Notes: generated by a model from the sequence alone, not told the origin. DNA of 64,000 bases from Diadema antillarum (GCF_040938485.1 NW_027271783.1:1426001-1490000), one strand, 5' to 3'; positions 22,302 to 36,256 are shown, counted from the stretch's first letter. Numbers and translations: made by a program.

Positions 22302-25117
22302 GAAGAATGACTGCAATATAAGAGGATGTTTGGGTAATATGATAACCCTCCACGGTATCTTACACAAGACCCAGGATATTTAGTCAACCTTTCAACAGGA
22401 ACCCTATTCCCCCATCATTTGATCATAAGAAAAAAGGATTGTCATTTCTCATTGTCATATTTTTTTCAAGAGCAGCTCAGAAAAAAAAAATAGAAACAAG
22501 TCAAAAGGCATTAGAAAGAACCTAAAAGATGAATGCAAGAGGTATTAAGCAGAGGGGTGAGGGTTGAGGTGTGAGTTTTCTTCAATTTTGTCTCCCTCAA
22601 CAAATGAAATTTGTAAAATCGCAACTGCTGATCTATGATTTTCACAAATATGGCACAAAATTTTTGTCTCCCTCTACAAATTTCATTGGCAGAGGGAGAC
22701 AAAATTGAAGAAAACTCACACCTAAACCTAAAAGATGTAAGAATCAGCAAGGGCTGCTGCATCCCATATGATAAAATATTCTCGCAACTTTACTATGGTT
22801 TATTCCGTCAGGGTTTTAGTGTCATTTTTTTTTTTTTTTTGGGGGGGGGGGCTAAATCTAAACCTATATGAAGACATTCCTCCCCTTCTCTAATGATAAT
22901 TCTTTATATCAGAAACTCCTAAACCTTACAGAGCAGTCTGTTTTATGTGAACATGTTACAAAAATGTGAATAACATATGACATATATATACATATTACTA
23001 CAAAACCTGAAACATTAATGGCATGAAACTCTCGCAAATTGCCGCAGGCACTCAATGCATTGTGTAAACAAAACTTCTCACATACATTTTACTTTCATGA
23101 ATCTTAGGTCCTCACAAAATTTGCAAAACTTTCATGCATGTGAAATTTTCTGATTTTACAGAAGATCAATCATATCTGTATGAGGGTAAAAATCAGGGAT
23201 TTGATTCTACTTCTTTTCCACTGCAAAACTAGCTTTGATGTGGATTATATCTTTAATCTCTGCTCCCTGATTTGCAAAAAAAAAAAAAAAGAAAAAAAAA
23301 AACTGTAGGAAAAAATTCGACACAAAAGAAGACCTACATTTGACTTTGAGATGATCACATATGCAGTGTAAATATCTTGGAGGGAAATACTGTTCTAACT
23401 GTACATGGACACAAAAGAAATGTTTCACCCTGAGGATATGACACCTGTGTGATGGATCCAGTTTTATAACTGAAAAGTCGTTTTCAAGCGCTACAAGATG
23501 CATTGTCTGCGACTGACAACAGATACAACAGTCTCATCATTCTTTGCCTCATCCCATTCTTCAGCCTCTCTTCTCTCTCTCCAACTAACTCCAAAGTGAC
23601 TATGTGGTGCGCATATAATGCCACCGTCTGTGTTCTATGTCCCGGTATCAAGAGGCAACAATCGCGGCTTTAAAGCTCGTCTGCATGAATGGGATCCACG
23701 AGTCACGAACAAGGGGATCGTCTGGATCACGGCCGAAAAGAGAAAACTCTTGAAGAGCCACAACCCCATCAATTCAGCTCAGCTCCTATTCAGTCGGCTT
23801 CCCTCCAAAAGTGGATACGGAGTTCAAAATCCGTGTCGCCAACTCAGGTGTGAGGAGGTGTAGCAAGCACGACCCTGAAGAAGCTGAATGAGGTGATACC
23901 TGGGTTACCGATAATCGGGTCGAAAGCATCTTCAACTTCACATTTGACTATGAATGCCATCAAAAGAACCTTCATAGGGTGGCCGATGACATTGATACGG
24001 CACAAAGGTGACATACGGGTATTAAGAAGCAAAAGAGAGAGAAAGGGGAACGGGCGTCTGGAGAAAAGAAACTCAACTCAATTCAACTCGGCAGTCATCT
24101 GCCTAATCAGCTGGAAAGGGACGTGCTCAAAATCACGTATCAGATTGACGTCAGATCACGACTGGATATGAAATGCGTGTGTGTTGATAAGTGAAGCCCA
24201 GACAGTGACTTGATGGTGTATTAGGTTAATGAAAATGACAAACAGTAGACACTGTAGTCAACAGTTACAATCAGCACTACTATGGAAAACAATGCCACGA
24301 GAACATCTCTCCATGCCCACCTAACAAAAGTCATTTCTAAGTAATCAAACAAAAAGATTAATACTCAGCTTCAATGAATCCAAATAGGATTCATTTTCTT
24401 GTGTAACAGAATAACAATTCAGTTAGGCTTGCTCTCATCAGCTTTATTTATCCATTTCACTGCACAAAATAAATAGATGTGATTTACAGATCACACACAG
24501 ATTGTTAATGCTTCTAGGAGCTTTAAAAACAAATAATTTGGGGGATAAAACATTTCTTTTCCTGGAATAACCTGACTTTGTCTTCCTGTAAAAATTAATA
24601 GCAGTGGCATTCAGTTCAGCAGCAGAGTACCACGATTAACCGCAGACCCTGGCAACTCTCAAAACTCATTAAAAAAGATTCTACAAACTCAGCTACCGAC
24701 TATTTTGGGGAGGGGATTAGGGTTAACTCTTGCATGCTCTGAGTGCCAGCTAAAACTGCAAACCTCACAGCGCTGTGTACACTGTCCAAAGTCCATGGTA
24801 CAGAAAAGGTTAATCTAATACTCCATTTCACTCCACATTCGGGTTTACTTCAGATAAGAAGTTATTTGAAGTTTCAGAGCTTCAGAATGTATCACCCAAT
24901 ACTGATCACAATCATAAATGATAAATGAGCTGAGGGAATGACCACATCAGCTTGATATTGCAAAATTAAGCTTGTGTACCAAAAAGGAAAGAAAAATCAC
25001 AAAAATCAATGTCTTTGAGTGAGCAAAAAAGGGTAATATCTACTATGTATCTGTTGCAAGACAATGGCCTTCTCCCGTGTGAATCTGAGATATTGCTGGT
25101 ACCAGATGCATGCTACG

Positions 25118-25525
25118 ATGGTTTGGTATGGTTTGATTGGTCCAGTTTGGCTTGGTTTGGTTTAGTTTGATTTGGTAGTTTAGTTTGGTTTGGATTGGTA
25201 TGATTTGGTTCAGATTGGCTTGATTTAGAGAGGTGATAACACAACAGATTTCCAATGCTTAGCTGGGAAATCTGTTAAGTACAGGGCTTTATGGTTTGAT
25301 TTGGTCGAGGATGGCTTGGTTTGGTTTGATTTGATTTGATTTGGTTTTGTATGGTTTGGTTTAGTTTGATTTGGTAGTTTGGTTTGGTTTGGATTGGTTT
25401 GGATTGGCATGGATTGTTCTAGATTGGTATGGATTGGTATTGATTAGTATGATTTGGTTCAGTTTGGCTTGATTTGGCGAGATATCACTAGAGATTTCTG
25501 ATGTCTGGCTGGGAAATCTGTCACG
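25118..25525. repeat. Degenerate pentamer (GGTTT/GATTT/GGATT) array in two duplicated blocks
   Basis: Each block ends in a shared spacer AGATTT...GCTGGGAAATCTGT (about 25250-25275 and 25492-25521). Confidence 0.85.
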
Positions 25526-27313
25526 TACACCCAACAACGGGTATTGTGTGCCATGCCACACTCCCTTTCAATCCACTACTTACCTTGGTCTTTCTCCTGC
25601 TAGTTCATGATTCATTTTGCCCCTTCAACCAGCCTCTTTTCAAAGAGTCTTTTGCTTTGATTCTCCCTTCTTCTAGTTTTTTTGTTCCCATCCCATCTTT
25701 GACCCCGCTTTCTGTTCTGCCACGTGCATGTTGCTAGTGATATCAATTGTTTTCTGCATTGCTTCATATTCTCAGGCCTCCCCCCCCCCCCCCGAAAAAA
25801 AGGAGGGATTTAAGCCATCTGAATGGGGAACAAGTTGTCAGCCAATGAAGTACGAGAATTAAATGTCTAAGATTCACATCCCTTCAGATATTCTATGCAG
25901 CCTGTGAGTTACAAGAATGAATCTACCTTGTCTCAGTTTAGTTCTTTTCTTCTTTTCAAAGACAATTCTTTCCAAATCTCCTCTTCTTAGGGGTCTACAT
26001 GTTTGACTTTTTCTTTCTCATCATTTTAAGATTAATCCCTCGTGAGAAAGGTGGGAAAAATTCAAGACTTTTCGTGTCACAATTCACACGCAAAATGACA
26101 TAAAGATAAATGTAGAAATAGAAAGAAAAACTATAATCGCTGTATTCTGGTCTCTTGTTAGACTTGTCTGAAGGAATATGAACAGAAGAGTTTTAGGCCT
26201 CTTCATTGAATGCAAAAAGTCACAATCACAATTAAGAATCTGAAGGTTTAACAGCCGATAGATTTTATGACCATCTTTTACATTTAGCTGTGGCAATTAA
26301 CATGTACGACATGTAGACACTACCTGGGGTATTTGTGGTCACGGATATTGCTTGATATTCACAACCATTAAATTCTACCTTACCCTAGACAATTTTAGCA
26401 TAACAAACTCTGACTTAATGATAATGATTATGAAAGACATTTTTTTTTTGTTTCCTCTCCAGACAGCTTTGATGATTTCACACAAAACTGACATACTATT
26501 ACCCCTGCCCACACTAAAACAAGGACAAATACTGATCATACAGGTATCAGCCCAACTGCTTTTAGTTGATAAATGTAATACAGTGAAATCAAACAAATTT
26601 CACTTTCACTTCGAATTTTCCAACTCACTACAAAGTTCAGGATTGGACATGAAAAACATTATTACCATTGCAACAATACCTCCAATCTCCTTTCTGCAAA
26701 TGTAATAATCATCATCATCACCAGCTCTGTCAAAATCATTCCCAACTTCCAATGGCTAAATCTATTACAATTTATGTGGCACACCATCTCCAATCTCCAT
26801 CACTACCTTCAATGCACACTGTCTCCATTCTCCGATTTCCATCATCACCTTTAATGCACTGTTTCCGATTTCCAATTTTCATCACCACCTTTAATGCACT
26901 TTCTTCAATTTCCAATTTCTATCACTGTTCCCAATGTACATCATCATCAAATTCTAATACCTAATACTGTTTCCAATGTATACTTTCTCCAATTTGAAAA
27001 TCTCAAATTGCAATTACCAAATTCCAACAGCATTATCAGCTCCAGTCTCGAACACCAATCTCCAATTTCCATCAGCATCAATGTGCATGCCATCTCCTTT
27101 GTCTACCCCTTCCCCCTCCCCTCCTCCCCCCCCCCCCAATTTCCAAACTGCATTCCCAACTCCAGTCTCAAACATCAATCTCCAATTTCCACCACCGTGT
27201 GTGTGCCCACCATTTCCTCCCTCTACCCCTTTCCCCTCCCCCTACATCCTCATCCTCTCCCCTCCCCCTCTCCCCCCTCCTTCCTTCCACCTGATCTGGA
27301 TGCACTGCCTCAC

Positions 27314-27447
27314 CTGGAGTGTGTATTGCAGGGGGCCTTGGCTTGAGAGGAATGTTGCTGAAACCGGAGGGTATCCTCCGGGGCGGGAGGGCTGGCGGGA
27401 ATGTTCTTCTTGTTGTCAGCATCGCGGGATGAGCAGGGAAGTTCCTC
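27314..27447 (-). CDS. GLIS3: GLIS1/3-like gene, Pro-rich exon
   Basis: Translates to (R)RNFPAHPAMLTTRRTFPPALPPRRIPSGFSNIPLKPRPPAIHTP(G) (134 nt, phase 2/1), with donor gtgagg and a weaker acceptor caatcatag. It is in frame with the previous exon, and PRRIP resembles GLIS3 PRRVP. Confidence 0.75.
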
Positions 27448-28157
27448 CTATGATTGTTGCAGGTGAACAAGGTTATGACATAACACATGACTTTTATTAC
27501 TGGTAGTAGCATTACATTGAGAAAGTTTGAGGACTTTGTATCATAGAGGAAGAAATGGATGAGGTGCATCATTCATATTCAAGAGATTCTCTTCAACATG
27601 AGTACAGAGCATCCTTCTTCATCGTTCTCCATTATATCTTGTATCAGAGTCTCTTGCTCACACACTGCTTTTTATGTGGGGTGACTTGCAAGGACCGATA
27701 CCAGCCACTGCTTAAGAGGGAGCCCCACTTAAACTTGAGTAAAGGTTGTCTCCCCACTTCTCCCAATTATGCAGAGACCTCCATAGAGCCTTCAGCATTC
27801 TGCATACCACCACTGGGCCTTCAGCAGATATAGGGTGCATTGTACCTCATAACATGGCAAACAATTCTCCACTTTTGAATTTTCTGTTGTACTCGACCAC
27901 ACATAACATAATACCATCTCATCAGAATCCCACCATATCATGATACATCAAATGCTCTATTCTGTTTATCTTTTGTTGATCATTTAAGAGCAATGGAATA
28001 CTTTAAGTTGCAGCACTACAAGAACATGTAATTGGTAGTAAACTGAGCAGTCATGCAGTTGAGTAAAATCTAAAAAATAATTCCTGTCATTATTGAGAGA
28101 GATGATAATACTACCACCAACAGTATTTCATAAACTTTGCTCTTGAGGACTGCATAT

Positions 28158-28778
28158 GTGACCCCCTACAACAAGAGGATCCCAAAGTCGGGGGAGGTTA
28201 ATTTTCTGAAAATGACATGACATTAGGGTATTCCCTTACTCTTCCACTTTAATTTCCTATATAACACGACTCTGTGCTCAGTTGCAGAGATTACGCCGAT
28301 TTTATTAGAGCATGTCAAGTGGTTTAGGAAATCAGCGATTCAAGAAAAGCGCCTTCAAAGTTTCCCTCCTGACACAATCATGATCACGAGGTCACCTCTT
28401 GAAAATGGAAGGTATGCTCTCAGCAACCTCCGTGATGTTCATTCAAGCTTAGCATCAGCGACCAATCAGTAACCACGATGCCGCACACTGACCAATGAGA
28501 TCACTTCCTCGTTGCTAGGGATGGAGTCTATCTGTGGTGCTAAATCCAAATCTTCAGACATGTTTCTATTCCGTTGAAAGTCGGAGAATCATGGCCCAGA
28601 AAAACACTAATTTCTTTCCATTCCTTGATCATTTAGCTTTTAAATTTTGGCAGATGACAGATGACACATTAGACTACAAAATTATTCAAAAAACAGAAAT
28701 CCGATGGTTTTGACCGATTTTGATAATCTGACTTCAAACTTGATTTTCTCGGTTCTGCCTTTTTTTGTGGCGGGTCAC
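28158..28778. mobile_element. Non-autonomous DNA transposon with GTGACCC ends (ATAT or TA TSD; Sola1-like if ATAT)
   Basis: ATAT|GTGACCC...GGGTCAC|ATAT. It lies in the GLIS intron, 76 bp from the exon end at 28855. Confidence 0.55.
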
Positions 28779-28854
28779 ATATTCTATCTATATAGATCTT
28801 TCATTTGGACCAGTTACCATTCTTGGCAGACCAAATCAGCCCCAAAGCTCTCAC

Positions 28855-28999
28855 CTCTCCTGCTGGATTTCTAGAGACTGTGTGGTGGCAATGTTGTGCG
28901 GACTTCCCTGCAGACTGTGCACCGGTGAGGCGTGGTTGCTATAGCTGTTCACACCTGTTGCCGTGTCGCTCCTGCTTGAATGTCCACTTGAGTACATTC
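28855..28999 (-). CDS. GLIS3: GLIS1/3-like gene, Ser/His-rich exon
   Basis: Translates to (G)MYSSGHSSRSDTATGVNSYSNHASPVHSLQGSPHNIATTQSLEIQQE(R) (145 nt, phase 1/2), with acceptor tctctgttcag and donor gtgaga. It is in frame with the upstream exon and shares SSRS and QGSPHN with GLIS3. Confidence 0.88.
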
Positions 29000-30149
29000 C
29001 TGAACAGAGATAGAAGTATCATATTGTAACAGACCAGTTAGGGTAATCTCTGCAACCAAGCGATGTACAACTTGAATTGGCATTAGTGCCTTACTTGAGT
29101 CTAGTTTTGAATCTAATCTTGTGGGTCTGAGAGGTGTAGACTACACTCTCACATTCTTTTTCATTTTGCTGAGGTACAAAACCCTATTGTGTGGCTCACA
29201 CATACTATTGTTTCAGTGAAAGCATGCAGCATTGACCATACAGTGTTCAGGGTTGTGTGTAGTCATCAAAATGTGGCTGGGGGACCAGTGAAACACTTGG
29301 AGCATGATGGATGGAAGCATGTCTTAGCTCAAAAGTTCCAGAAGTTTCAACAAGGTTTGCGGAGAAACAAGAGGCCTGAACTTGGGTTAAGCCACCCTCA
29401 AATTAAAGTTTGCCACTAACTGAACAAATGATGGAGTCCTGTATCATTTGTATCTAACCTGCTGTGTTACAATATGATCTACTCATATCTTCACTCATCT
29501 ACCAAAAAGGGACTAAAGAACCCCACATGATTTGAAGCTGTTGTGTGATTCCTTCTTGTGAGATGCATTGGACACCAATTACCACAAAAATATTCCAGCG
29601 GTAATATATACCACTAAATATATACTAGTAAAATATATACTACTATTAAATATATGGAGAATTGTTTGCAAAAACCGATAAGTCCATATTTGCCAAATGG
29701 AGATATTTGTGATTAAAGGTCAAGAAAAATAAAGAGAATAATAAGAAATTTTTTGCTTCTTTTGACCATAACTTCAAAAATTTACCTTTATATGTAGTGA
29801 CCAATATATCATTTGAAAGGTATTATTTTGTACTTTATGACAGAGACCTTACTTCAAAATCTTCAAAAATGGACTCATCATTTTTTGCGAACAAACTCTT
29901 CATATATGACTACAATATATACCACTAAAATTCATACTACTAAAATATATACTACTAAATATAAGAAATATTCCAGCGCTATATCAATACTACTAAAAAT
30001 CATTCATAACTTCTTTTTTTTTTGGGGGGGGGGGGGGGGAGAGAAAAAAAAAGCAATTATCCTCCATTCTAATAAAATGATGCTGACTTTCATCTAACAC
30101 TATCACGATGAAAGGGAGGATATGCCATTCCAATACTGAAACCACTTAC

Positions 30150-30318
30150 CTGGATACATGTCAGATGAAGTACCAGTCATAGATGAGTGGGGTGACCGTC
30201 CCAGCCGGCTATCACTAAGCTCTAGCGGGCTATCGCCATGACTTAAAGGATGCAGGGGTTGTATCGTCAGACACTCCCCAAGAATATCGCCGTGAAGAAA
30301 TTCTTCCCTTGTCCGTAT
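30150..30318 (-). CDS. GLIS3: GLIS1/3-like gene, first post-finger exon
   Basis: Translates to IRTREEFLHGDILGECLTIQPLHP...GRSPHSSMTGTSSDMYP+G (169 nt, phase 0/1), with acceptor cctctcttacag and donor gtaagt. It resembles GLIS3 LRSSTELHPDLLTDCLTVQSLQP...GRSP...DLYS. Confidence 0.9.
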
Positions 30319-32552
30319 CTGTAAGAGAGGCAAGTTTTGAAACGGGAAAATTTATGGAATAATTTGCATTGGTGGTTTGTTTTCATGTTTTTATCTATTT
30401 TCTTGTTTATAACGTGGTATCATGGTATCATCAGGTTTTATAAACATTCAAGGTTGAAATCTATTGCCTGAACTAAGAGAGGGTCAAGATTAACTTCAAA
30501 GCAACACTTGAGAAGGTAACAAAAAAGTAGTGGGAAGAGTGACAGTCCAAAAACCTGGAGTTTTCTTCCCATTCTGAACTTACATCACTTGCATATTCAG
30601 CTCCAAACCACACATGAAGATCCCATCTTTAAAGTATGATTTTTTTTTAAACCTTTGCCTATGAAAAACTTACTAGTGAAAAAAAAAGAATTATGCATTT
30701 AAACTTTTTTCGAACATAGGCACAAGATATGGTTACTTTCATTTATATCCCACACATGTTTGCAGATTGTGGACCAGGTATGTGTGATATGCATGCGTTA
30801 CCAACCATTATTGTTAATACAAAGTGGATGATTTTGGTGAAGGGTTTTTCCACCAGCTGAAATGATGACTCCAAAATTCCAAGTCTGTTTGATTGTTTCA
30901 AATTGGGACTTTACCAGCACAAATGGGGAGCACTTTTCTGCCTAATCAAATTTCCTCCTGAAGTGAAAATTTATGGGTCGGGTGACCTTGCTTTTTTTAG
31001 ACAAATTTCCAGCACAGAAAAGGTGTTCAGAAATTATCTAGGATATTCATTAAATGCATTAAGCAAAAGCTATATATGGAAACTAGACAGAAGCATGAAC
31101 AATACATAATCTCCACCTGCTGTGGGATGCACAATGGCGGAAGAACCACAGTGGTAGCTAAAATGTCACGGAGTCATCTTCTTGGAAATGGTATCTATTA
31201 TCGAAATAGGGATCTTCCTTTTTGAGGGAGATGAAGTTCTAGATTCCCAGTGGAAGCTCTGGAGGATGGATGGATTAACCCATCCACTACTAGAACCCGG
31301 CATTCCCTGGAGACTGTGAACTAGACCTTCTTGCTTCCAGTAAGAGAGGGGTTAAAGATGAGCAGCCCTGCCCCTCATAGGCCCACCACAGTCTATCAAC
31401 ATGTGAGCCATTGTGCAATCTAACCCCGGGGTCAAAGGTTATCTTCAACAGTGAATTCCTTCAGCATGGTAAACAAGCAGCATTACCTCTGCTGTTCTTC
31501 CAGCTCCATGCTGCGAATGTCAGACGACTGCTGGTATTAGTGGTAGCGAGGTGTCATCAATTGTATTTTTATTAGTAAGATTCAAAATTGTCCCTCATCT
31601 TCAGACAAATTGATAACAATTTAAGTGAATTGCCAACTTGGCTGAAATGAATTCGCTTCTTCCAACCTTTACCTTGGAGATATCCCTGCTCATAACAAGT
31701 TTGCAAAATCACTTCTTTCAATTCCTTGGTCCATTTGAATTCAACAAAAATGTAATGTTCCACATTTGACCTTTCACTTCTTTTAGATAGATGTATCTTA
31801 TTTTTGGATAAGTCTCTGAATTAGCCATTCCAAACATTACTGTTGGGCTTGTTTAGTTGGATGCAGTACATGAATTGAATCACCTAATAAATGACTTAAA
31901 AGATTATCTGATAACTCTCTTGCAGCTCTCCATTTTCTTCCTGTTTCATAGGTAAGTAGGTCAACACTTCGGATCACATCATTGTTTAGCTCTGTCTAGA
32001 AAATACAATGTCACCTTTGATGAAGGAATGGTTGGTACTCAAAGGGACATTCTTGTAAAAACTTGACAGTTAGACATTTGTTACATGGAAGATATTTGCT
32101 GTAAATGTAAATGAAAGTGAGGCTTGTTACCATTGTATAAGAATCATTGTTTGGTTATTCAAATCATCTAGCAAACTTCAATTCCCTTAAAATTAGCAAG
32201 TACAATTTCCTTAAATGTCATTAGTGTTATTATCATTCTTCAATAATTTGTGCAAAAGATATGTATGTTTTCTTTCATTAATTTAAACAAAGGACAGCTA
32301 CTGAAGATATGCATGCAAGTCAACGAGAGATTGGTTAGATAATAGCATTATCACTTCATCTAAGTAGAAAGAATTATGTAATCATCACCATCAGTGTTTC
32401 ATGAACCTTAATTCCATAAACCCTCTAATCTTCTTGCAAATTTGTTCCACCTTTTAATTTTTTGTCTGATCGATTATTCTTTTTCTTATTAGAGCCAGTT
32501 CAAACATGGGGATCACGTCAGGTTTCGAGATGCAGTTATTAAAGACACTCAC

Positions 32553-32663
32553 CTTTTTTCTTGCCTGCTGCTCTTTGGCTGCATGTGCTTTGACGTGCTT
32601 CCTCAGCGAGCTGGGGTCCGTGTACCGCTTGGTGCACCCTGGTATTTGACAGGCATAGGGTTT
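32553..32663 (-). CDS. GLIS3: GLIS1/3-like gene, exon for ZF5 and basic tail
   Basis: Translates to [37 protein letters not shown] (111 nt, phase 0/0), with acceptor ttctgcag and donor gtgagt. The KEQQARKK tail is GLIS3-like rather than GLI-like. Confidence 0.97.
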
Positions 32664-33921
32664 CTGCAGAAAGAACAACACGAGAGGGCCAGTAAGTTAA
32701 AGCAACCAACGATAAAAACAAAAAGTCATCATTTGAAGGCATCAATCTGCAGTGTATGGATTACCACAACACTCCATCCCAGTGGCAGAATTTGATAAGA
32801 AGTTGATCATTGGCTGGTGGCTGAAATGGACGTTGACAGCCACGGAGCAGAGGGAATAGATCGAGCTGTTACCTACCCCATGAGCGAATGAAAAATGCCA
32901 TAAAGGTATCTTGTGATCTTTGGAACAGATATGAAGTATGCCAAACCACACACACAAAAAAAATGCAAGTGATGGAAGGAAATAGAACAAAAGTTTTAGA
33001 CTCTTTTTTTTAATGTTTTCGACCATCTCTCCACCCTTCTTTGGTAACTGTAGAAGCAGGCCATCCAGTACACTTTAACATGATGTAGAAAAGTCACCCA
33101 AAAACTACTAGTGAAGACCAAAGTTTTAGTGTTTTGAATTGTTAAAATAAAATCATTAAAATATTGCATTTATAACAAATACTCAATGGGTGCTCATGCA
33201 TTTACATTTGAAAAAGAATATTTCAGTGCATTTCGTTCTACGCACTGTTTAGCAAGTTACTATTTCTTCTAACTTTATCAGTCAAAACTGTCAAAATTTA
33301 ATGGGAAAATATGCACAAAAAAAACCTTTAGGAGTAATACAATATTTGATGTCTGATATACAGAGATGCAAATTCAATTCAATTCACACCTAATTTTTTC
33401 ACTTTGCAAATGACTGTAAAATTTCCTCTTTTAAACTTTGACCAAAGCTGTTCAGATAAACCGAAAAGCTAGCAAATGTGATGTCTTGAACATTTTTAAA
33501 ATCACTGCTCCAAAGGTAAACAGGACCTTTAATACCCCCATGCTCTAGAGATCCCTCCCATCCACCTTGCTCTTTAATGGCACAAGAGGGAACTGTTATA
33601 CCGGTACGCATAATTTAACTTTCTGGATTGAATCAGATTTTTAATGGTGACAAATTTCTTTCATTAAATCACCTCTATCTCTCCTAAGAACTGGGCAATG
33701 GAGGAGAAAGTAAAAGAGAGATAGAGAGAAACAGAGAGCGAGTGGGAGAGAGTTAGGGGGGGGGGGGGGGGCAAGACTTAGCCAAATACACAAATGTTAG
33801 TACCAGCACCCAAACACAAAATTGTTGCCCTTATTCAAGAGCTGGTATCATCACTACATACATGTAGATGTCTTATAATATGAATGATGGATTGGAAGCC
33901 GGCATGCAGCATTACGCAGAC

Positions 33922-34303
33922 CATTGTTTGGGTTGAGATGGGGGATTCGAGATTTTAATTTTTTTTAGAGAGATGATTAGATATCACTTATGGAATTTGA
34001 AAGAGCATGCAATTTAAGAGGTATTCAAAGTTTGTTTGATGAAAATCGATTTTTGAAATGGCTGAGATATCCAAAAACAAACTAAAAGAAATGGTCCTAA
34101 TAAAAGTTGGGTCTCAACTTTTACTAAACACCCCTTTGTTTCTGGATATCTCAGCAATTTCAAAACCAATTTCATCAAATAAACTTTGAATTCCTATTAG
34201 AATTGTATGCTCTTTCATATTCCATAAGAGGTTTCTCATTATCTCACACACAAAAAAAGTTGAAAACATGGAGCCCCATCTAAACCAAAACTGTACCATC
34301 CCT
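33922..34303. mobile_element. TTAA Kolobok-like MITE family B, left end degraded
   Basis: Ends ACCAAAACTGTACCATCCCT|TTAA and is colinear with 39092-39475. Confidence 0.7.
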
Positions 34304-34678
34304 TTAAACCATGCTCAAAACTTTGGACTCCACCTCGTCTAGTTAAGACCTGGAAGACATTAATTTGACAGGAGGCAGCAAGGAATCTGTGATTCTCATC
34401 ATGTTCCCCTATGGATGGAGTGCTACTACAAATTGGGGGCTGCCACCCTCCCACTTAACCTCCATCTGGACCAAAATTGGAAAGTCGGTGTCAAGATCAG
34501 GCTGATGTGACATTCAGCAGGGTCTTATACTTGGCTTTACATTGTATACCTCTGCCACTTCTCAAACTTGGAGGTAGGGGTGTGGTCTGGAATTCAGATA
34601 GACCCATTATCCATTGACATGATATCTTGCATTCTTGCTTGCACCCCTTCCATGAATAAAAGGTTGCATCCATCTTAA

Positions 34679-34763
34679 CCTGTTGAGGAAGGACTGATTT
34701 TGCTACAAAATGCACTTCCCATAGACACCTGCCCGAGTATACTCGGGACTCGTCCTCAACAGG
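34679..34763. mobile_element. 85-bp TTAA MITE, copy 2
   Basis: TTAA|CCTGTTGAGG...CCTCAACAGG|TTAA; it is inverted relative to copy 1. Confidence 0.85.
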
Positions 34764-35692
34764 TTAAAGAAGTCATCATCTATACCCTCATTTTTCAAAA
34801 TCAATCACATCCCATAATCAACATATCTGCAGTCCTCTACTGTGGATTTTTATCATAATTTTCAAATATTCATTGCTAGTGTTTCAAAGGGTAGGAAAGA
34901 AAAACTCATTTTGATACAACAAGAGTCCTTGAAGACAGCACCAACACAGAATCCATAAGAAATGTCATGCGATAATGACTGATTATTACCATGACTATTA
35001 GCATTGTTAGATTATATTACTCTTTTATTACATTGTTAAACATATCTAGATTAAAGGGTCATGGCCTAAAGCCCCTATCCCCCCCCCCCAAAAAAAAGCA
35101 CATAGGTTTTTACTACATCTTTTGAATACAGAACTTATGATCAGAGAAACATTAAGTTCCTCATACCACTGCCAACATGATTATGGGGGGGGGGGGGGAT
35201 TAGGGTTATCAGTTTATCATTTACCATAACTCATCCTTCTTGATCTTTTAATATGTCTGTCTGCCTGTATGTATGTCTATCTGTCTGTCTGTCTGTCTCT
35301 CTCTCTCACTCTTGTTTGCTTTCTTAGGAAGCACATAAGATTTTAGTGCAATCACGCGCTCCGTGTGCGCTCAGTAATCTCTTTAATTCCTGTCTCAAGT
35401 TCAATGTTTATTTATTGTGAAATGATGAGGAGAGGTTTCTAGCCTGGCGTCACTCAGCCAGTGTGCCTTTCAAAGCGTCTATGAAAACATGGAGAACAAT
35501 GCATCGTGCCCTCTGTGCTGTGCCATCTTTTTAAGCCTTCAATGTGTTAGAGCTACACAATGCCTTCAATACTTGTGCAGTTTAAGTCTGCATTGTGTTC
35601 AGAAAAGCAGTAAGAAAAAAAATAAGAATGATCCAGAAGTTTGGCCACCTACCAAGAGTGTACATGAGACCAGACATGAAATATGCCTAGTA

Positions 35693-36256
35693 CAGTCAAA
35701 CCTGTCTATAGCGGCCACCCAAGGAAGACGAAAAAGTGGCTGTTATAGACAGGTGGTCGCTACAGACAGGTTATCCAACTTTGTGTGCATTGCCTACATG
35801 TACATGTATCATCGTTGCATACATCTATAAGTACATGTACACATATGTGTATATGCAGGGATGTATGCACACGTGCAAGTTGGATACATTGAACAATGCC
35901 GGTGTTTATCAAATTGTTATACAGTAGCATGAATACAATCATGAAGAAAGCTCAACACTAGTGCATTATTATGACTGCATGCTGTGGCGATCACTGAATG
36001 TTGCCCATGAATGGCTGGCATGGCTACAAAGAAGATAGCATGCTGCATTATCGGCTCAGCTACGGTTCCATTGGGTCTGTGGCCGCTATAGACAGGTTAA
36101 AATCTAAAGCGGGAAACAAAATTTGTGGACGCTGGCCGCATTAGACAGGTGGCCGCTATACACAGGGTCTTTAACAGGGCTTTTCTCTCTCGGATTTTTT
36201 TTTTCAGTGGCCGCTATAGACAGGTGGCCGCCAATTAAATAAGGCAGCTTTGACTG
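35693..36256. mobile_element. Tc1/mariner (pogo/Tigger-like) MITE
   Basis: TA|CAGTCAAA...TTTGACTG, with several subterminal GGCCGCTATAGACAGG repeats. Confidence 0.7.

Noticed and set aside
21798-22387. ORFs of 83-189 aa around 22 kb
   Set aside because: Artefacts of reading through the N gap and the TGAA microsatellite.
26894-27572. Long Pro/Ser-rich ORFs on both strands
   Set aside because: Low-complexity sequence. Only 27314-27447 on the minus strand is supported, as a spliced exon.
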